Both the position numbers and the translations under genes were made by a program. From positions 256,001 to 320,000 of the forward strand of contig JBJMOW010000004.1 of assembly GCA_045803545.1 (NCBI GenBank): 64,000 bases of DNA, read 5' to 3'. The notes beneath the pieces are model-generated. The model worked only from the letters and a program-made list of their open reading frames with translations, did no database searches and was not told the DNA's origin. Of this stretch, positions 26,973 to 37,374 are shown piece by piece. Source of the DNA: Gemmatimonadaceae bacterium. Lineage in GTDB: Bacteria; Gemmatimonadota; Gemmatimonadetes; Gemmatimonadales; Gemmatimonadaceae. Each line of letters begins with the position of its first letter. Position 1 is the first letter of the stretch.

Positions 26973-28289
26973 ATGGTATCTGCTGCGACAGCTCCGAGGG
27001 AAAAGAAGAAATCTCCGCACTTAACACGCGCGCTTCAGCACCGGAACTACCGGCTCTTCTTCAGTGGTCAGACGGTGTCGCTTGTCGGCACTTGGATCAC
27101 GCGCATCGCGACCAGCTGGCTGGTTTACCGTTTGACCGGATCAGTATTTCTGCTGGGCATCGTCGGGTTCTTCGGCCAGATTCCGACTCTACTACTTGCT
27201 CCATTCGCCGGAGTGCTGGTCGATCGGTGGAATCGTCACCGCATTCTGGTCGTGACACAGGTTCTGTCGATGCTGCAGTCGGTGGGACTGGCAGTTCTCA
27301 CGTTTGCGGGCACCATCACTGTCGTCGATGTCCTCCTGCTGCAGCTCGCACAAGGAATCATCAACGCCTTCGACACGCCCGCTCGACAGGCGTTTGTGGT
27401 GCAGATGGTGGAGAACCGCAGCGATCTCCCCAATGCAATCGCGCTCAATTCGTCGATGGTGAACGCGAGCAGAATAGTTGGGCCGTCAATCGGTGGTGTA
27501 CTCATCGCCGCTGTCGGCGAAGGATGGTGCTTTACCGCCGACGCGATCTCGTACATCGCAGTGATTGCGTCGCTGCTCGCGATGCGCCTCGACCACCCTG
27601 ACTTTGCACGCCGAGACACTCGCGTCTGGGAAGAGCTGCGCGCGGGATTCAGGTACGTCACCCGCTTCACTCCTGCGCGCGATTCACTCTTGTTGCTGGC
27701 CCTCGTCGGAACGATGGGCATGCCGTACACCGTCCTGATGCCGGCGATTGCGTCAAAGATTCTTCACGGTGGTCCGCACACGCTTGGATACCTGATGACT
27801 GCATCAGGCGTTGGTGCGCTCGCGGGCGCTTTCTACCTGGCGTCGCGCCGATCGGTGCTCGGTCTCGGCAGAGCGATCGTCATTGCCAGTATCACCTTTG
27901 GCGCCGGGCTCATCGCGTTCTCCTTCTCTCACATGCTCTGGCTTTCGCTCGTTCTGCTGCCGTTCGTCGGCGGCGGTATGATGGTCGAAATGGCATCGAC
28001 CAACACCATCCTGCAAACGATCGTCGATGACTCAATGCGGGGTCGGGTGATGGCGTTCTATACTATGGCGTTTCTCGGCACCGCACCGCTCGGCAGTCTA
28101 ATCGCTGGCTTCGCTGCAGCTCACATCGGGCCAATGAGAACGATCCTCGTCGGCGGAGCGAGCTGCATCGCGGGCGGTATCGTCTTCGCGTTTCGGCTGC
28201 CGAAACTTCGCGCGCGTGTACGACCCATTTACATCGAGCGCGGCATCCTGGTGGCGGCGGAAGTCGAAGGCGGCGCCAAGTCGTTATAG
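26973..28289 (+). CDS. MFS transporter
   Basis: ALQHRNYRLFFSGQ, GVLVDRWNR, FDTPARQA, MRGRVMA and about 12 TM helices. Confidence 0.92.
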   Translation: MVSAATAPREKKKSPHLTRALQHRNYRLFFSGQTVSLVGTWITRIATSWLVYRLTGSVFLLGIVGFFGQIPTLLLAPFAGVLVDRWNRHRILVVTQVLSMLQSVGLAVLTFAGTITVVDVLLLQLAQGIINAFDTPARQAFVVQMVENRSDLPNAIALNSSMVNASRIVGPSIGGVLIAAVGEGWCFTADAISYIAVIASLLAMRLDHPDFARRDTRVWEELRAGFRYVTRFTPARDSLLLLALVGTMGMPYTVLMPAIASKILHGGPHTLGYLMTASGVGALAGAFYLASRRSVLGLGRAIVIASITFGAGLIAFSFSHMLWLSLVLLPFVGGGMMVEMASTNTILQTIVDDSMRGRVMAFYTMAFLGTAPLGSLIAGFAAAHIGPMRTILVGGASCIAGGIVFAFRLPKLRARVRPIYIERGILVAAEVEGGAKSL

Positions 28290-28382
28290 CATTATTCGCG
28301 ATCGCACCGAAGAAATCCGGGCGTGGGAACCGTAGATTATCGGTGCAGCCGAGTCGCGCGTTAAATCGTCAGTGAGGATCGC

Positions 28383-29015
28383 TTGTTCCAGGTAACGACA
28401 CCGACACCCCCCACAGCGCCCGTAATCGCGGTCGCCCCTCCGCGCGCCACGCCGAGTGCGAGCGCTATCTATCAGGGTTTTCGCGCCCAGCAGCGGGAGC
28501 TCACCAATCAGCTCGATGATCTGGACGGGACTCGGCGTGAGATCCAGGCGCAACTCGATCAGCTCGACGTGGGTGACGCTGGCCGAAAGCCGCTCGAGAA
28601 CCGGCTGGCTGACGTCGATACACGGATCAAAGCCGTCGATGGGATGCTGGCCGCGAATGCGAGTCAGCTCGCGCAAGCAGCTGCAATTCCGGGTGCGGTA
28701 GTTGAGCAACCGCCGCCCATGCCTCGTCAGGGTCCGCCCGAAGAAGCCTGGGTGCTCGGCGGAATCTTTCTGATCGTCGCTGTATTTCCCCTCTCAGTTG
28801 CGATGGCGCGCAGGATCTGGAGGCGCAGTGCGGCTGCGGTTGCGTCGCTGCCTCGCGACATTGCCGATCGCCTGCAGCGCATGGAGCAAGCGATCGAAGC
28901 GACAGCGGTCGAAGTCGAGCGCATCGGTGAAGGTCAGCGTTTCATCACGCGTCTCTTCACCGAAGCGGAGAAGGTCAAGGCGATCGGCGGAAAATCAGCC
29001 GAGCGGAATTCGTGA
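28383..29015 (+). CDS. hypothetical coiled-coil/TM protein
   Basis: GAGG RBS, coiled coil, a single TM and C-terminal RLQRMEQAIEATAVEVERIGEGQRF. Confidence 0.75.
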   Translation: MFQVTTPTPPTAPVIAVAPPRATPSASAIYQGFRAQQRELTNQLDDLDGTRREIQAQLDQLDVGDAGRKPLENRLADVDTRIKAVDGMLAANASQLAQAAAIPGAVVEQPPPMPRQGPPEEAWVLGGIFLIVAVFPLSVAMARRIWRRSAAAVASLPRDIADRLQRMEQAIEATAVEVERIGEGQRFITRLFTEAEKVKAIGGKSAERNS

Positions 29016-29996
29016 TTTGTTCTGACCGAGCCAACGATCGAAAGTAAGTAGCTCCGGATTCAACGACTTCGTCTCGCTGATGCTGCGCATGTCGCAGCAA
29101 TCCTGCTCGAACTCACTGTAGAACTGAAACATGTTGCCCAGGTCATCTGAGCCTGGGAATCCGAGCGCGCGGAACGCTGCCGGCGTGATCTCGTTGTACG
29201 TCACTTCCTTGCCCAGCGCCTTCGTCAGCGACTTGGCGAGCTGCGCACCGGTCTGGTGTCCACCGGCGATACCAACGGTTTGCCCGATCATTTCGTCGCC
29301 GCGCTCAAAGATCGCGTAGGCGACTTTCCCGATGTCCTCGGCGGCGATGCCGGCGAGCTTTTTATTTCCCATCGGCAACGTAAGGGCGAGCTTGCCGTCG
29401 GGGCCTTTCTTCGGGCCCATGCCGGAGTGAATCAGGTTGTCCCAGTAGAAGGAGGCCAGGAGGAACGTCGTCGGCACTCCCAGTTCCTTGAACGCTTCGT
29501 CCCCTTCGCCCTTGGCATCGAAGTGTGGAACCTTGTACTTGCCCATCAGCGTCGGCATGCGATCATCGGACAGCGGCACGAACTTGCGCGTGTCCTCGAG
29601 CGTGGACCAGATGACGTGGTGAACGGCGGCGTCCTTTGCTGCCTGCGCCATGTTCCGCGCGTGTGCCAGCTCCTTCTCCGGCTTTAAGTGGTCCCAGAAG
29701 AAGGTGACGCAAAAAGCACCATGCGCCCCGTCGAAAGCTTTACGCAGGCTTTTGACATCGTCGATGTCTGCCGCGACTACTTCCGCGCCGGCGTCAGCCA
29801 GCGCTTTTGCTTTGTCCGAGTTGGGATCGCGCGTCAGCGCGCGTAACGCGAACTGAGAGGCCTTGTCGTCGAGAATGGCGCGGGCGAGCCCTCCGCCCTG
29901 CGCACCGGTTGCTCCAACGACTGCGATGATCTTCTTGTCGGCGTGACCATCGAGCTTGGTTTTGCTCGATTTGCGAGGCGTCTTTCTATGGGACAT
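28995..29996 (-). CDS. NmrA/HSCARG family NAD(P)-binding protein
   Basis: VVGATGAQGG, RALTRDP, VPHFDAKG. Confidence 0.92.
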   Translation of the reverse strand: MSHRKTPRKSSKTKLDGHADKKIIAVVGATGAQGGGLARAILDDKASQFALRALTRDPNSDKAKALADAGAEVVAADIDDVKSLRKAFDGAHGAFCVTFFWDHLKPEKELAHARNMAQAAKDAAVHHVIWSTLEDTRKFVPLSDDRMPTLMGKYKVPHFDAKGEGDEAFKELGVPTTFLLASFYWDNLIHSGMGPKKGPDGKLALTLPMGNKKLAGIAAEDIGKVAYAIFERGDEMIGQTVGIAGGHQTGAQLAKSLTKALGKEVTYNEITPAAFRALGFPGSDDLGNMFQFYSEFEQDCCDMRSISETKSLNPELLTFDRWLGQNKSRIPLG

Positions 29997-30165
29997 GAGC
30001 GATCTCCGCTAGAGTCGAATTCATTCTTATCGAGAACTGACACGGCATATCCTGAGGTCCCGGGCAGAATTCGCAAGTGTCGACGATAGACCTGGCTGCC
30101 TAATCTGGAAACCAGCGGGCCTCGCCAGCCGTATAGGACTCAGCTCAGCCGCCAGCGAGGGACGC

Positions 30166-31482
30166 ATGCGCTCGATTTTCACCACCCGGCTTCAATTGTT
30201 GATTGCCCTGACCGTATCAATAGCGATTGCTCCGCAACGTAGCCCTGCACAGGTGTCCGTTGATACGGCGCGGGTGGCGGGCTGGCGATCAGACATTGCG
30301 TATTACCTCGAGCAATTGAAGCAACGCCACTATGTCTTTCGAAATCGGCCGCTTCCTCCGGGCCTGATCCAGGCCGCTTCTCGAGTCTCGCAGAACGTGC
30401 CCGTCTATAGTGATCAACGGATGCTGGCCGAGTTCGAGTATCTCGCGTCGTTCGCCGGCGATGGACACACCTACATGCTGCCATTTGGCGCGAGCAGAGT
30501 CCCTGCGCAAATGCTTCCGCTCAGAATGTACCTGTTCACTGACGGCCTTTACGTCATCGATGCGTTTGAAGGTTACGAGAAATGGATCGGCGCTCGCGTG
30601 ATACGGATTGGCGATACGCCCGCGGAAACCGTAATCGACCGCATGCGACCCGCGCTCAGCGTCGATAATCGGCTGGGTTACCTGTGGGTGGCTCCACCAC
30701 TTCTGAGTTTTCGCGGCATGATCGAAAAGTTTGCGGATGGAATCGACAACGGCGATGTCGCTATGGTACTGCGCCCGCGCGGCATAAAGAACGTTAGAGT
30801 GAAAATCCCGACCGTTGCCGCTCCGCCGTTGCGTGGAATCCCCAAACTACCGCCCTCCAAATTCGCTGATGCACCGCCAGCCCCGGTCTACTTGAGCAAC
30901 GTCGCGGAGAACTTCTGGCTCAGGGATCTCGCCAACGGCGTCCTGTATTTCCAGTTCAACCAGGTGATGGACAGTCCGCGGGAGACAATTGCGTCATTCG
31001 CCAAGCGCTTTGGAGACCACGTTGAGGAAACGAAACCAACCGCGATCATCGTGGACGTTCGTCACAACAACGGTGGTAATCTCTCGCTGTTGCCTCCGCT
31101 AATGGCCGCCTTCCGCGAATATGAAGCCGCGAATCCGGGCGGGCAGATCTACGTGCTGATGGGACGCAACACATTTTCAGCAGCGGAATTCTTCCTTGGC
31201 GTCATGGACGCGCAGACAAAGGCGATCTTTGCGGGCGAGCCAAGCAGCTCCCGACCTAATTTTGTGGGAGAGGAATCTCAGGTGGTGTTGCCGTGGAGCG
31301 GTGCGATGGGAAGCATCTCCGATCAGTATCACGAGACCATTCCCGGCGATCGACGCGAGTGGATTCAGCCGGAGATTGCCTATCAATTGAGCTCAACGGA
31401 CTACTTCGGCAACCGAGATCCTTTGCTGCAGAAAGTTCTCACCGCCATCGCAAGGAAGACGCGGTCTAAAGCGAAAGCTTGA
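30166..31482 (+). CDS. secreted peptidase S41-like protein
   Basis: GDGHT, PDZ-like middle region, VDVRHNNGGN, NTFSAAE, AGEPS. Confidence 0.72.
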   Translation: MRSIFTTRLQLLIALTVSIAIAPQRSPAQVSVDTARVAGWRSDIAYYLEQLKQRHYVFRNRPLPPGLIQAASRVSQNVPVYSDQRMLAEFEYLASFAGDGHTYMLPFGASRVPAQMLPLRMYLFTDGLYVIDAFEGYEKWIGARVIRIGDTPAETVIDRMRPALSVDNRLGYLWVAPPLLSFRGMIEKFADGIDNGDVAMVLRPRGIKNVRVKIPTVAAPPLRGIPKLPPSKFADAPPAPVYLSNVAENFWLRDLANGVLYFQFNQVMDSPRETIASFAKRFGDHVEETKPTAIIVDVRHNNGGNLSLLPPLMAAFREYEAANPGGQIYVLMGRNTFSAAEFFLGVMDAQTKAIFAGEPSSSRPNFVGEESQVVLPWSGAMGSISDQYHETIPGDRREWIQPEIAYQLSSTDYFGNRDPLLQKVLTAIARKTRSKAKA

Positions 31483-31485
31483 GGG

Positions 31486-32226
31486 TTACCAGTTCCCCTG
31501 TTCGCCCATGACGTCGATCGCGCGTACCAGGCGGTCGGCAGCATGGCGCCAATTGGTCTGAACCGCGCGCTGGGCGGCGACTGCATTTCCGCTCTGGATT
31601 GCATCGACGATTGCGTCGTGCTCGCCACCAGCCGTCGGCACCGTGTCCATGAGCAGCGCGATATACATCCTTATATATCGCTCCGCCTGCGGCTTGACCG
31701 CTTCGTGAAGAGTTCTGAGCCGAGAGCCGGCCCCGGCTTCGACGTAGCGACGGTGAAAACGCTCATCGAGCTCATACAGCTTTCCCGGCTGGGCGCCCTT
31801 GGACGCTGAAGCGCGTCGGAACTCCGCGTTCAAGGCGGAGAGATCCTTGGCGAGGCGGTCGCGATCCTCTTCACTCAGTCGCGCCGCACTGCGAGCGGCC
31901 AGTCCCTCCAGCTCACCGACGATCTCCAGCAGCTCACCGACATCCTCTCGAGTGAGCGGGGCGACGGTCATCCGCGCCTGATGCGTCGTCGACGCGATGA
32001 CGTACCCTTCTCGTTCGAGACGTTGAAAGGCGGCGCGCACCGGCGTGCGGCTAACGCCAAATCGTTCGGCAACTTCGGTCTCGACGATCCGGGCGCCCGG
32101 CGCGAGCTGACCGCGAACGATGAGGTTTCGCAGCGAGTCATAGAGCCGGTTGGCTCGCTCGGCAGCGCCGGCGGGTCGTCGTCCCTGTTCGAGGGCCCGC
32201 GAGGTAGCGGCAGCTTTTCTCGGCAC
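31486..32226 (-). CDS. GntR (FadR/FCD) family regulator
   Basis: LAPGARIVETEVAERFGVSRTPVRAAF and FCD motifs DERFH/EHDAI. Start at GTG 6 nt after TATATT. Confidence 0.9.
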   Translation of the reverse strand: MPRKAAATSRALEQGRRPAGAAERANRLYDSLRNLIVRGQLAPGARIVETEVAERFGVSRTPVRAAFQRLEREGYVIASTTHQARMTVAPLTREDVGELLEIVGELEGLAARSAARLSEEDRDRLAKDLSALNAEFRRASASKGAQPGKLYELDERFHRRYVEAGAGSRLRTLHEAVKPQAERYIRMYIALLMDTVPTAGGEHDAIVDAIQSGNAVAAQRAVQTNWRHAADRLVRAIDVMGEQGNW

Positions 32227-32294
32227 AGCGCCAATATAGAACACATACCGATCTTGCGCCCACGCCTTCGCTGGCGTAATTCTGGCATTCAGTA

Positions 32295-32304
32295 TTGTAT
32301 ACAA
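32295..32304. promoter_or_regulatory. putative GntR/FadR operator TTGTATACAA
   Basis: Perfect palindrome of the FadR-subfamily type between divergent gntR and the permease. Confidence 0.65.
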
Positions 32305-32329
32305 ATCGGTATCCAACGGGAGGAGCTTC

Positions 32330-33805
32330 ATGGCGCTGTTCACGAAGAAGGACGTCGGATCGCTACTGGCCGAAGCTGGAGCCGGTACGCTTCGACGGGA
32401 GCTCGGTTCGCTCGCGATGGTGACGCTGGGGATCGGTGCCGTGATCGGCGCGGGAATCTTCGTCCTGACAGGCGCGGTTGCATCCCGCAACGCAGGCCCC
32501 GCTCTGACGCTCTCGATGGTGATGGCCGGCGTCGCCTGCGCATTTGCCGGTCTGTGCTACGCCGAGCTGGCAAGCATGATCCCCGTGGCCGGCAGCGCCT
32601 ATACGTATGCGTATGCGACGATGGGTGAGCTCTTCGCCTGGATCATCGGCTGGGATCTGATTCTCGAATACTCGCTCAGCTCATCATCGGTTGCGGTCGG
32701 CTGGTCGGCGTATGCGCTGGCACTTTTCCGGGAGCTCGGAATGAATCTGCCAGCTCGCTGGACCGGTCCGCCCGGAAGCGAAGTAATGCTGCCCGACGGT
32801 ACTGCGGCGACCGCCTTGTTCAACGTTCCCGCGGTTGTCATTTGTCTGCTTCTCACCACGCTGCTCATCGTCGGCATCCGGGAATCGGCACAGTTCAACA
32901 CGGCTATCGTGATCCTCAAAGTCACGGTGCTGGCGATCTTCGTCGCCGTCGGTGCACGCTATGTGAACACCGCCAACTGGCACCCTTTCATTCCACCGAA
33001 TGCAGGTGAGTTCGGATCCTTCGGCTGGAGTGGTGTCCTGCGCGGCGCTGGCTTGATCTTCTTCGCCTACATTGGCTTCGATGCCGTGTCGACGGCCTCG
33101 CAGGAAGCGAAGAATCCGGGGCGCAGCGTACCCATCGGCATTCTCGCCTCGCTTGCGATTTGCACCATCATTTACATCGCTGTCGGCCTCGTCATGACTG
33201 GTATCGTGCCCTATCAGCAGCTCGACGTTCCGTCACCGCTCGCCCTCGCGGTGCAGAAGACCGGAGTCGCGTGGCTGCCTCCCATCATCAACATCGGCGC
33301 GATCTGCGGAATCTCCAGCGTCATCCTTGTCAACCTTCTCGGCCAGTCGAGAGTGTTCTATTCGATGAGTCGAGACGGACTATTGCCGCCGGTGTTCTCT
33401 CGACTGCATCCGCGCTTCCGCACGCCGCACATAACCACTGCCCTTACCGGCACCGTGGTCGCAATCGCAGCCGGTCTTTTTCCAATCGGCGTGCTCGGAC
33501 AACTGGTGAGCATGGGAACACTGCTCGCGTTTGCGATGGTGTGCATGGGAGTGCTGATCCTTCGCCGCACGGAGCCCAACGTGCCACGTCCCTTCAAGAC
33601 GCCGGGAATGCCGTGGGTGCCCGCGGCCGGAACGCTGATCTGTTTCTATCTAATGGTGGGGCTGCCGTTGGCGACCTGGATTCGTCTTTTCGTCTGGCTA
33701 ATCATCGGCCTGACCATCTACTTCGCGTACGGTAGATTCCGCGCTGCGTCACTTCGTACCGGCACCAGCGACGATTCACAACGCATCGAAGCCGCTTCAG
33801 CGTAG
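32330..33805 (+). CDS. APC family amino acid permease
   Basis: IGAVIGAGIF, CYAELASMIP.AGSAY, FFAYIGFD, SRDGLLP and a GGAGG RBS. Confidence 0.93.
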   Translation: MALFTKKDVGSLLAEAGAGTLRRELGSLAMVTLGIGAVIGAGIFVLTGAVASRNAGPALTLSMVMAGVACAFAGLCYAELASMIPVAGSAYTYAYATMGELFAWIIGWDLILEYSLSSSSVAVGWSAYALALFRELGMNLPARWTGPPGSEVMLPDGTAATALFNVPAVVICLLLTTLLIVGIRESAQFNTAIVILKVTVLAIFVAVGARYVNTANWHPFIPPNAGEFGSFGWSGVLRGAGLIFFAYIGFDAVSTASQEAKNPGRSVPIGILASLAICTIIYIAVGLVMTGIVPYQQLDVPSPLALAVQKTGVAWLPPIINIGAICGISSVILVNLLGQSRVFYSMSRDGLLPPVFSRLHPRFRTPHITTALTGTVVAIAAGLFPIGVLGQLVSMGTLLAFAMVCMGVLILRRTEPNVPRPFKTPGMPWVPAAGTLICFYLMVGLPLATWIRLFVWLIIGLTIYFAYGRFRAASLRTGTSDDSQRIEAASA

Positions 33806-34882
33806 TGAGCGCGCGAAGATTTTGTCCCACGCTGTCAGCGATGTCTTGGGCCTAAGGGTGGCATCGACGAGCCCGAGCGTCGCGAACAGCGGAAGAATTG
33901 CCGGCTGTGGTTGGGGGAAGCTGCCAAGATCAAGGTCAGTGAACGAGAGCTGGAATACGCCGATTGCTTTGGCGTTGTCGAGTATCTCCGACTGCCGCGC
34001 GATGTAACGAGCCTGCATTTCGGCCGACGACGAGAAGACTCCGCTGACCGATGTCGACGGCCAGCCTCCCTCGACCACCATTTCGGGAAGCGTATGTGTT
34101 CCGCGCAATCGAGTGTAGTAGTCGGGTGGGATGTCGCGGGGATCCTTGAACCCGCCAAGGTACGGATAGGATGAGAGCGCCAGCAGGTTGTTGAACGGAA
34201 AGTCGCGCAGGTCCTGGTCGATTCCCACAAAACCACGGCCGCCTTGTCGACCGAGCCTGCCCCACGCCGTCTCCACCTGAACGCTCGCGTACAGCGGGAG
34301 TGCAGTCGCACTGCGCGTCCTTCGGACGTCTGTGGCAGCGTCATTCGTCATTCGCACGACTGCGTCATAAACCGCTCGCGGCGCTGCGAGGCGAATCAGA
34401 TTCGTTTCCGCGGCCAGTCCGAGGTAATCGGGATGCAGCATCTCTACGACCGCCCGCACATAGTTTCGATAGAGTCGCTGTATCGCCGGCTCGCTGATGC
34501 TGCGATGCGCCACTACGAGCGCGGCTGCTTCACTCTCGCGCGCGAGCCCATTGGTGACATCGATGGTCACCACCAGCTTGAGGCGCTTCGATCGATAGTA
34601 TTTCTCGAGATCGACGCCGTCTTTGCGGAGTGCGTCCTCGGGTGATGCGTCGGCGAGCATCAGCGCCCATGGTACGTCGACGTGCATGATTGCCGCGTCT
34701 GCGCGTTTCGACCACATGTCGAGTGATCGCACCGCGAGCTTCAAATCGGGCCGCGGTGGAATCACCGAGAAGCCCATGAAGTAGGATCGCGTCGGCTGGG
34801 AGCCGACATTCACACCTCGGGGTGCCGGCGCACACGCTGTAAGCACGACGGCAACTGCTAATGATGCGACGATGGGTTTCAT
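33797..34882 (-). CDS. hypothetical lipoprotein, possible TIM-barrel glycoside hydrolase
   Basis: Lipobox LTAC. PDYLGLAAETN, LSSYPY, MVVEGGWPS. ATGA-coupled to the ABC permease. Confidence 0.65.
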   Translation of the reverse strand: MKPIVASLAVAVVLTACAPAPRGVNVGSQPTRSYFMGFSVIPPRPDLKLAVRSLDMWSKRADAAIMHVDVPWALMLADASPEDALRKDGVDLEKYYRSKRLKLVVTIDVTNGLARESEAAALVVAHRSISEPAIQRLYRNYVRAVVEMLHPDYLGLAAETNLIRLAAPRAVYDAVVRMTNDAATDVRRTRSATALPLYASVQVETAWGRLGRQGGRGFVGIDQDLRDFPFNNLLALSSYPYLGGFKDPRDIPPDYYTRLRGTHTLPEMVVEGGWPSTSVSGVFSSSAEMQARYIARQSEILDNAKAIGVFQLSFTDLDLGSFPQPQPAILPLFATLGLVDATLRPKTSLTAWDKIFARSLR

Positions 34883-36492
34883 TGTTTTCTCCACAAAGCT
34901 CGCCGACGATGAGCGGGGGCTACCAGGCGCTCGACGAGAGCAAGCACTCCGTCCACCGCCAGCGCCAGGGCTGCTGCTGGTAGCGCGCCCGACAAAATCA
35001 TTCTCGTGTCGGCGAGTGCGAGCCCGGCCACAATTGGCTCTCCCAACCCACCGGCACCGATGAAAGCCGCCAGTGTTGCCGCACCGACCGTGATGACAGC
35101 CGCCGTGCGCACACCAGACATTATTACCGGTGCCGCCAGAGGCAAACGCACCCACAAAAGACGCTGCATCGGAGTCGTACCCAGCGCTTCTGCCGCAGAG
35201 ACTGCATCGGGATCCGCATCACGCACACCGCTATAGGTCCCCCGAGCAATGGGATAAAGCGCGTACAACCAGAGCGCGACCAGCGCCGGAATCACTCCAA
35301 CGCCGAGGAGCGGTATCATGAACGCGAGCAGCGCAATGCTCGGAATCGTCTGCAACACACCCAGGCCGCCAATCACTGGTTCGGCTACTCTACGGCCGCG
35401 TTCGAGTATCAGTCCAAGCGGAATTGCGATGATCGCTGCCGCAAGTAGCGCGATTGCAACGAGCTCGAGATGGCGCGCGGTCATTCCCGCCAGCTGCGCG
35501 CGTCGGTCCCAGAGGTACGCAAAAAACCCTTCGCCCCTGGTAGCGCTGCTGGGCGCGGAGTTCGATGCGCGTGAATCGAGCAGTCCGAGCGCGGTCAACG
35601 CGCTTGACGCGACGGATCGTACATCTTCACCATCGACCTCCACGCGACGATTGAGCTGGCGCATTGTCGTCTCGGTCAACCGGTTGCTCAACAGCGTGAG
35701 AGCCGTGATCGCCGCCGGCTGACTTTGCGCGAATGCATCACTGACGAGCGCCGCAGCTTCGTACGGCGGAAAGAAGTGTCGGTCGTCGACTAGAGTGACG
35801 AGGTCGTACTTGGCCAGCAAGCCGTCGGTGGAGTAGCCATCGATGACGCCAACGGCACCCGCTGCCAACGCCTGATACTTCACGGCCGGGGCGAGCGGCC
35901 TGACTTCCCTCGGATGAACACCGTAAACTCGGGTCAGCCCAGCCAGTCCATCCGATCTGCCTATGAAATCGGCGGTCAGTCCGGCAGTCAGATGCGGACT
36001 CTCACGACCCAGATCCGTCAGGGTTCTCAGATTGTAGCGCTCGGCAGTCCGTCGCGTGACGGCAATCGCATAAGTGTTCTGAAATCCAAGTGGCGGCAGC
36101 CAGCGCATCTGAAACCGAGCAGCGAACTCCCGCGAGATGTGGGCAAACACTGACCGGGGATCCGCGACCACTGAGTCGGGCAGCGAATCGTGCAGCACGG
36201 CGATCAGTCCGGTGCCTGTGTACTCGGGATAGACGTCGATCGCGCCGGAACGAAGTGCACGAAACGCGATCTCGGTCGCGCCCAACCCAGGCTTTCGCTC
36301 GACGCTGAACCCGCGCGATTCGAGCAGCTGGGCGAACATCTCGCAGAGCAAATACGACTCACCAAACGGTTTCGATGCGACGACGACGGCTCTGGTTGCT
36401 CTTACCTGCGCCGCAGCGTTCGCCACAACTGATGTCAAAAGTATCGCGCCCGCGAGCCAAGCCCGGATCGAGCTCATCACGCGACAGGTCAC
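34879..36492 (-). CDS. osmoprotectant (glycine betaine-type) ABC importer, fused substrate-binding/permease
   Basis: ASKPFGES, DVYPEYTGT, GYSTDG, FFPPY, then a permease with QTIPSIAL, EAA-like loop and IGAGGLG. Confidence 0.9.
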   Translation of the reverse strand: MTCRVMSSIRAWLAGAILLTSVVANAAAQVRATRAVVVASKPFGESYLLCEMFAQLLESRGFSVERKPGLGATEIAFRALRSGAIDVYPEYTGTGLIAVLHDSLPDSVVADPRSVFAHISREFAARFQMRWLPPLGFQNTYAIAVTRRTAERYNLRTLTDLGRESPHLTAGLTADFIGRSDGLAGLTRVYGVHPREVRPLAPAVKYQALAAGAVGVIDGYSTDGLLAKYDLVTLVDDRHFFPPYEAAALVSDAFAQSQPAAITALTLLSNRLTETTMRQLNRRVEVDGEDVRSVASSALTALGLLDSRASNSAPSSATRGEGFFAYLWDRRAQLAGMTARHLELVAIALLAAAIIAIPLGLILERGRRVAEPVIGGLGVLQTIPSIALLAFMIPLLGVGVIPALVALWLYALYPIARGTYSGVRDADPDAVSAAEALGTTPMQRLLWVRLPLAAPVIMSGVRTAAVITVGAATLAAFIGAGGLGEPIVAGLALADTRMILSGALPAAALALAVDGVLALVERLVAPAHRRRALWRKQ

Positions 36493-37238
36493 GCGAGCAA
36501 TCCCTGCAGCGACGCGCGCGCCTGCTCTATCAGCTGCGAGACGTACTCCGTCGCAGGACTTCTCACCAGCTGTGACATCGCCCCACGCTGCTCGATCTTT
36601 CCCTGACGCATTACGACGACCTCGTCAGCGAGTCGTGCAGCTTCAGCCAGATCGTGGGTCACGAGTAGTGTCGTCACACTGAGCTTTCGGCGTAGTCCGT
36701 CGAACGCCGTCTGCAGCTCCGCGCGCGAAATGGCATCGAGGGCGCCGAATGGCTCGTCGAGTAAAATCACCTCCGGACGCGCTGCAATACTGCGCGCCAG
36801 TGCTACGCGTTGACGCTGTCCACCAGACAGCTCGTGCGGAAAGCGCGATCCGAACTGAGCAGCCGGAAGACCTACGAGCTCGAGCGCATCACCCGCCCTG
36901 GCTTCGACATCCGTTTGACTCCGCAGCCTTGGCACCAACGCCACGTTTTTCAGAACTCGCCAGTGCGGTATGAGGCCGCCGTGCTGCTGGACGTACCCGA
37001 TTCCACGGCGCAGCTCGATCACGTCCTGCTGGCGAACGTTCTGGTCGCCGACTACTACATCACCACCAAGGGGCTCTACCAGGCGGTTGAAGCATCGCAG
37101 CAGCGTCGTTTTCCCTGATCCGCTCTCTCCGACCAGAGCGGTTGCCCTGCCCGCCGGAACCTCGATGCTCACATCACTCAGGGCGACGACGTCGCCAAAA
37201 CGATGTGAGACGTTGCGTGCGAGAACAGCACTCGGCAT
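36489..37238 (-). CDS. osmoprotectant ABC importer ATP-binding protein
   Basis: GESGSGKT, LSGGQRQR, LLDEPFGALD. Confidence 0.92.
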   Translation of the reverse strand: MPSAVLARNVSHRFGDVVALSDVSIEVPAGRATALVGESGSGKTTLLRCFNRLVEPLGGDVVVGDQNVRQQDVIELRRGIGYVQQHGGLIPHWRVLKNVALVPRLRSQTDVEARAGDALELVGLPAAQFGSRFPHELSGGQRQRVALARSIAARPEVILLDEPFGALDAISRAELQTAFDGLRRKLSVTTLLVTHDLAEAARLADEVVVMRQGKIEQRGAMSQLVRSPATEYVSQLIEQARASLQGLLA

Positions 37239-37374
37239 TTCCTAAAGTGGAGACGCCGGCGATCGACCGCTATGCGATGACGGCAGTTTCTGAAGTTTGC
37301 CGAGCGTTTCAACCCCTGTGTATCCGCTAATATTCACATCTCGACAATCGGATCCAGGAATGGCGGGCATCAAA

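Noticed and set aside
32227..32490. N-terminal extension of the GntR ORF given by the ORF track
   Set aside because: It overlaps the divergent permease and the operator region. A -10 box supports the GTG at 32226.
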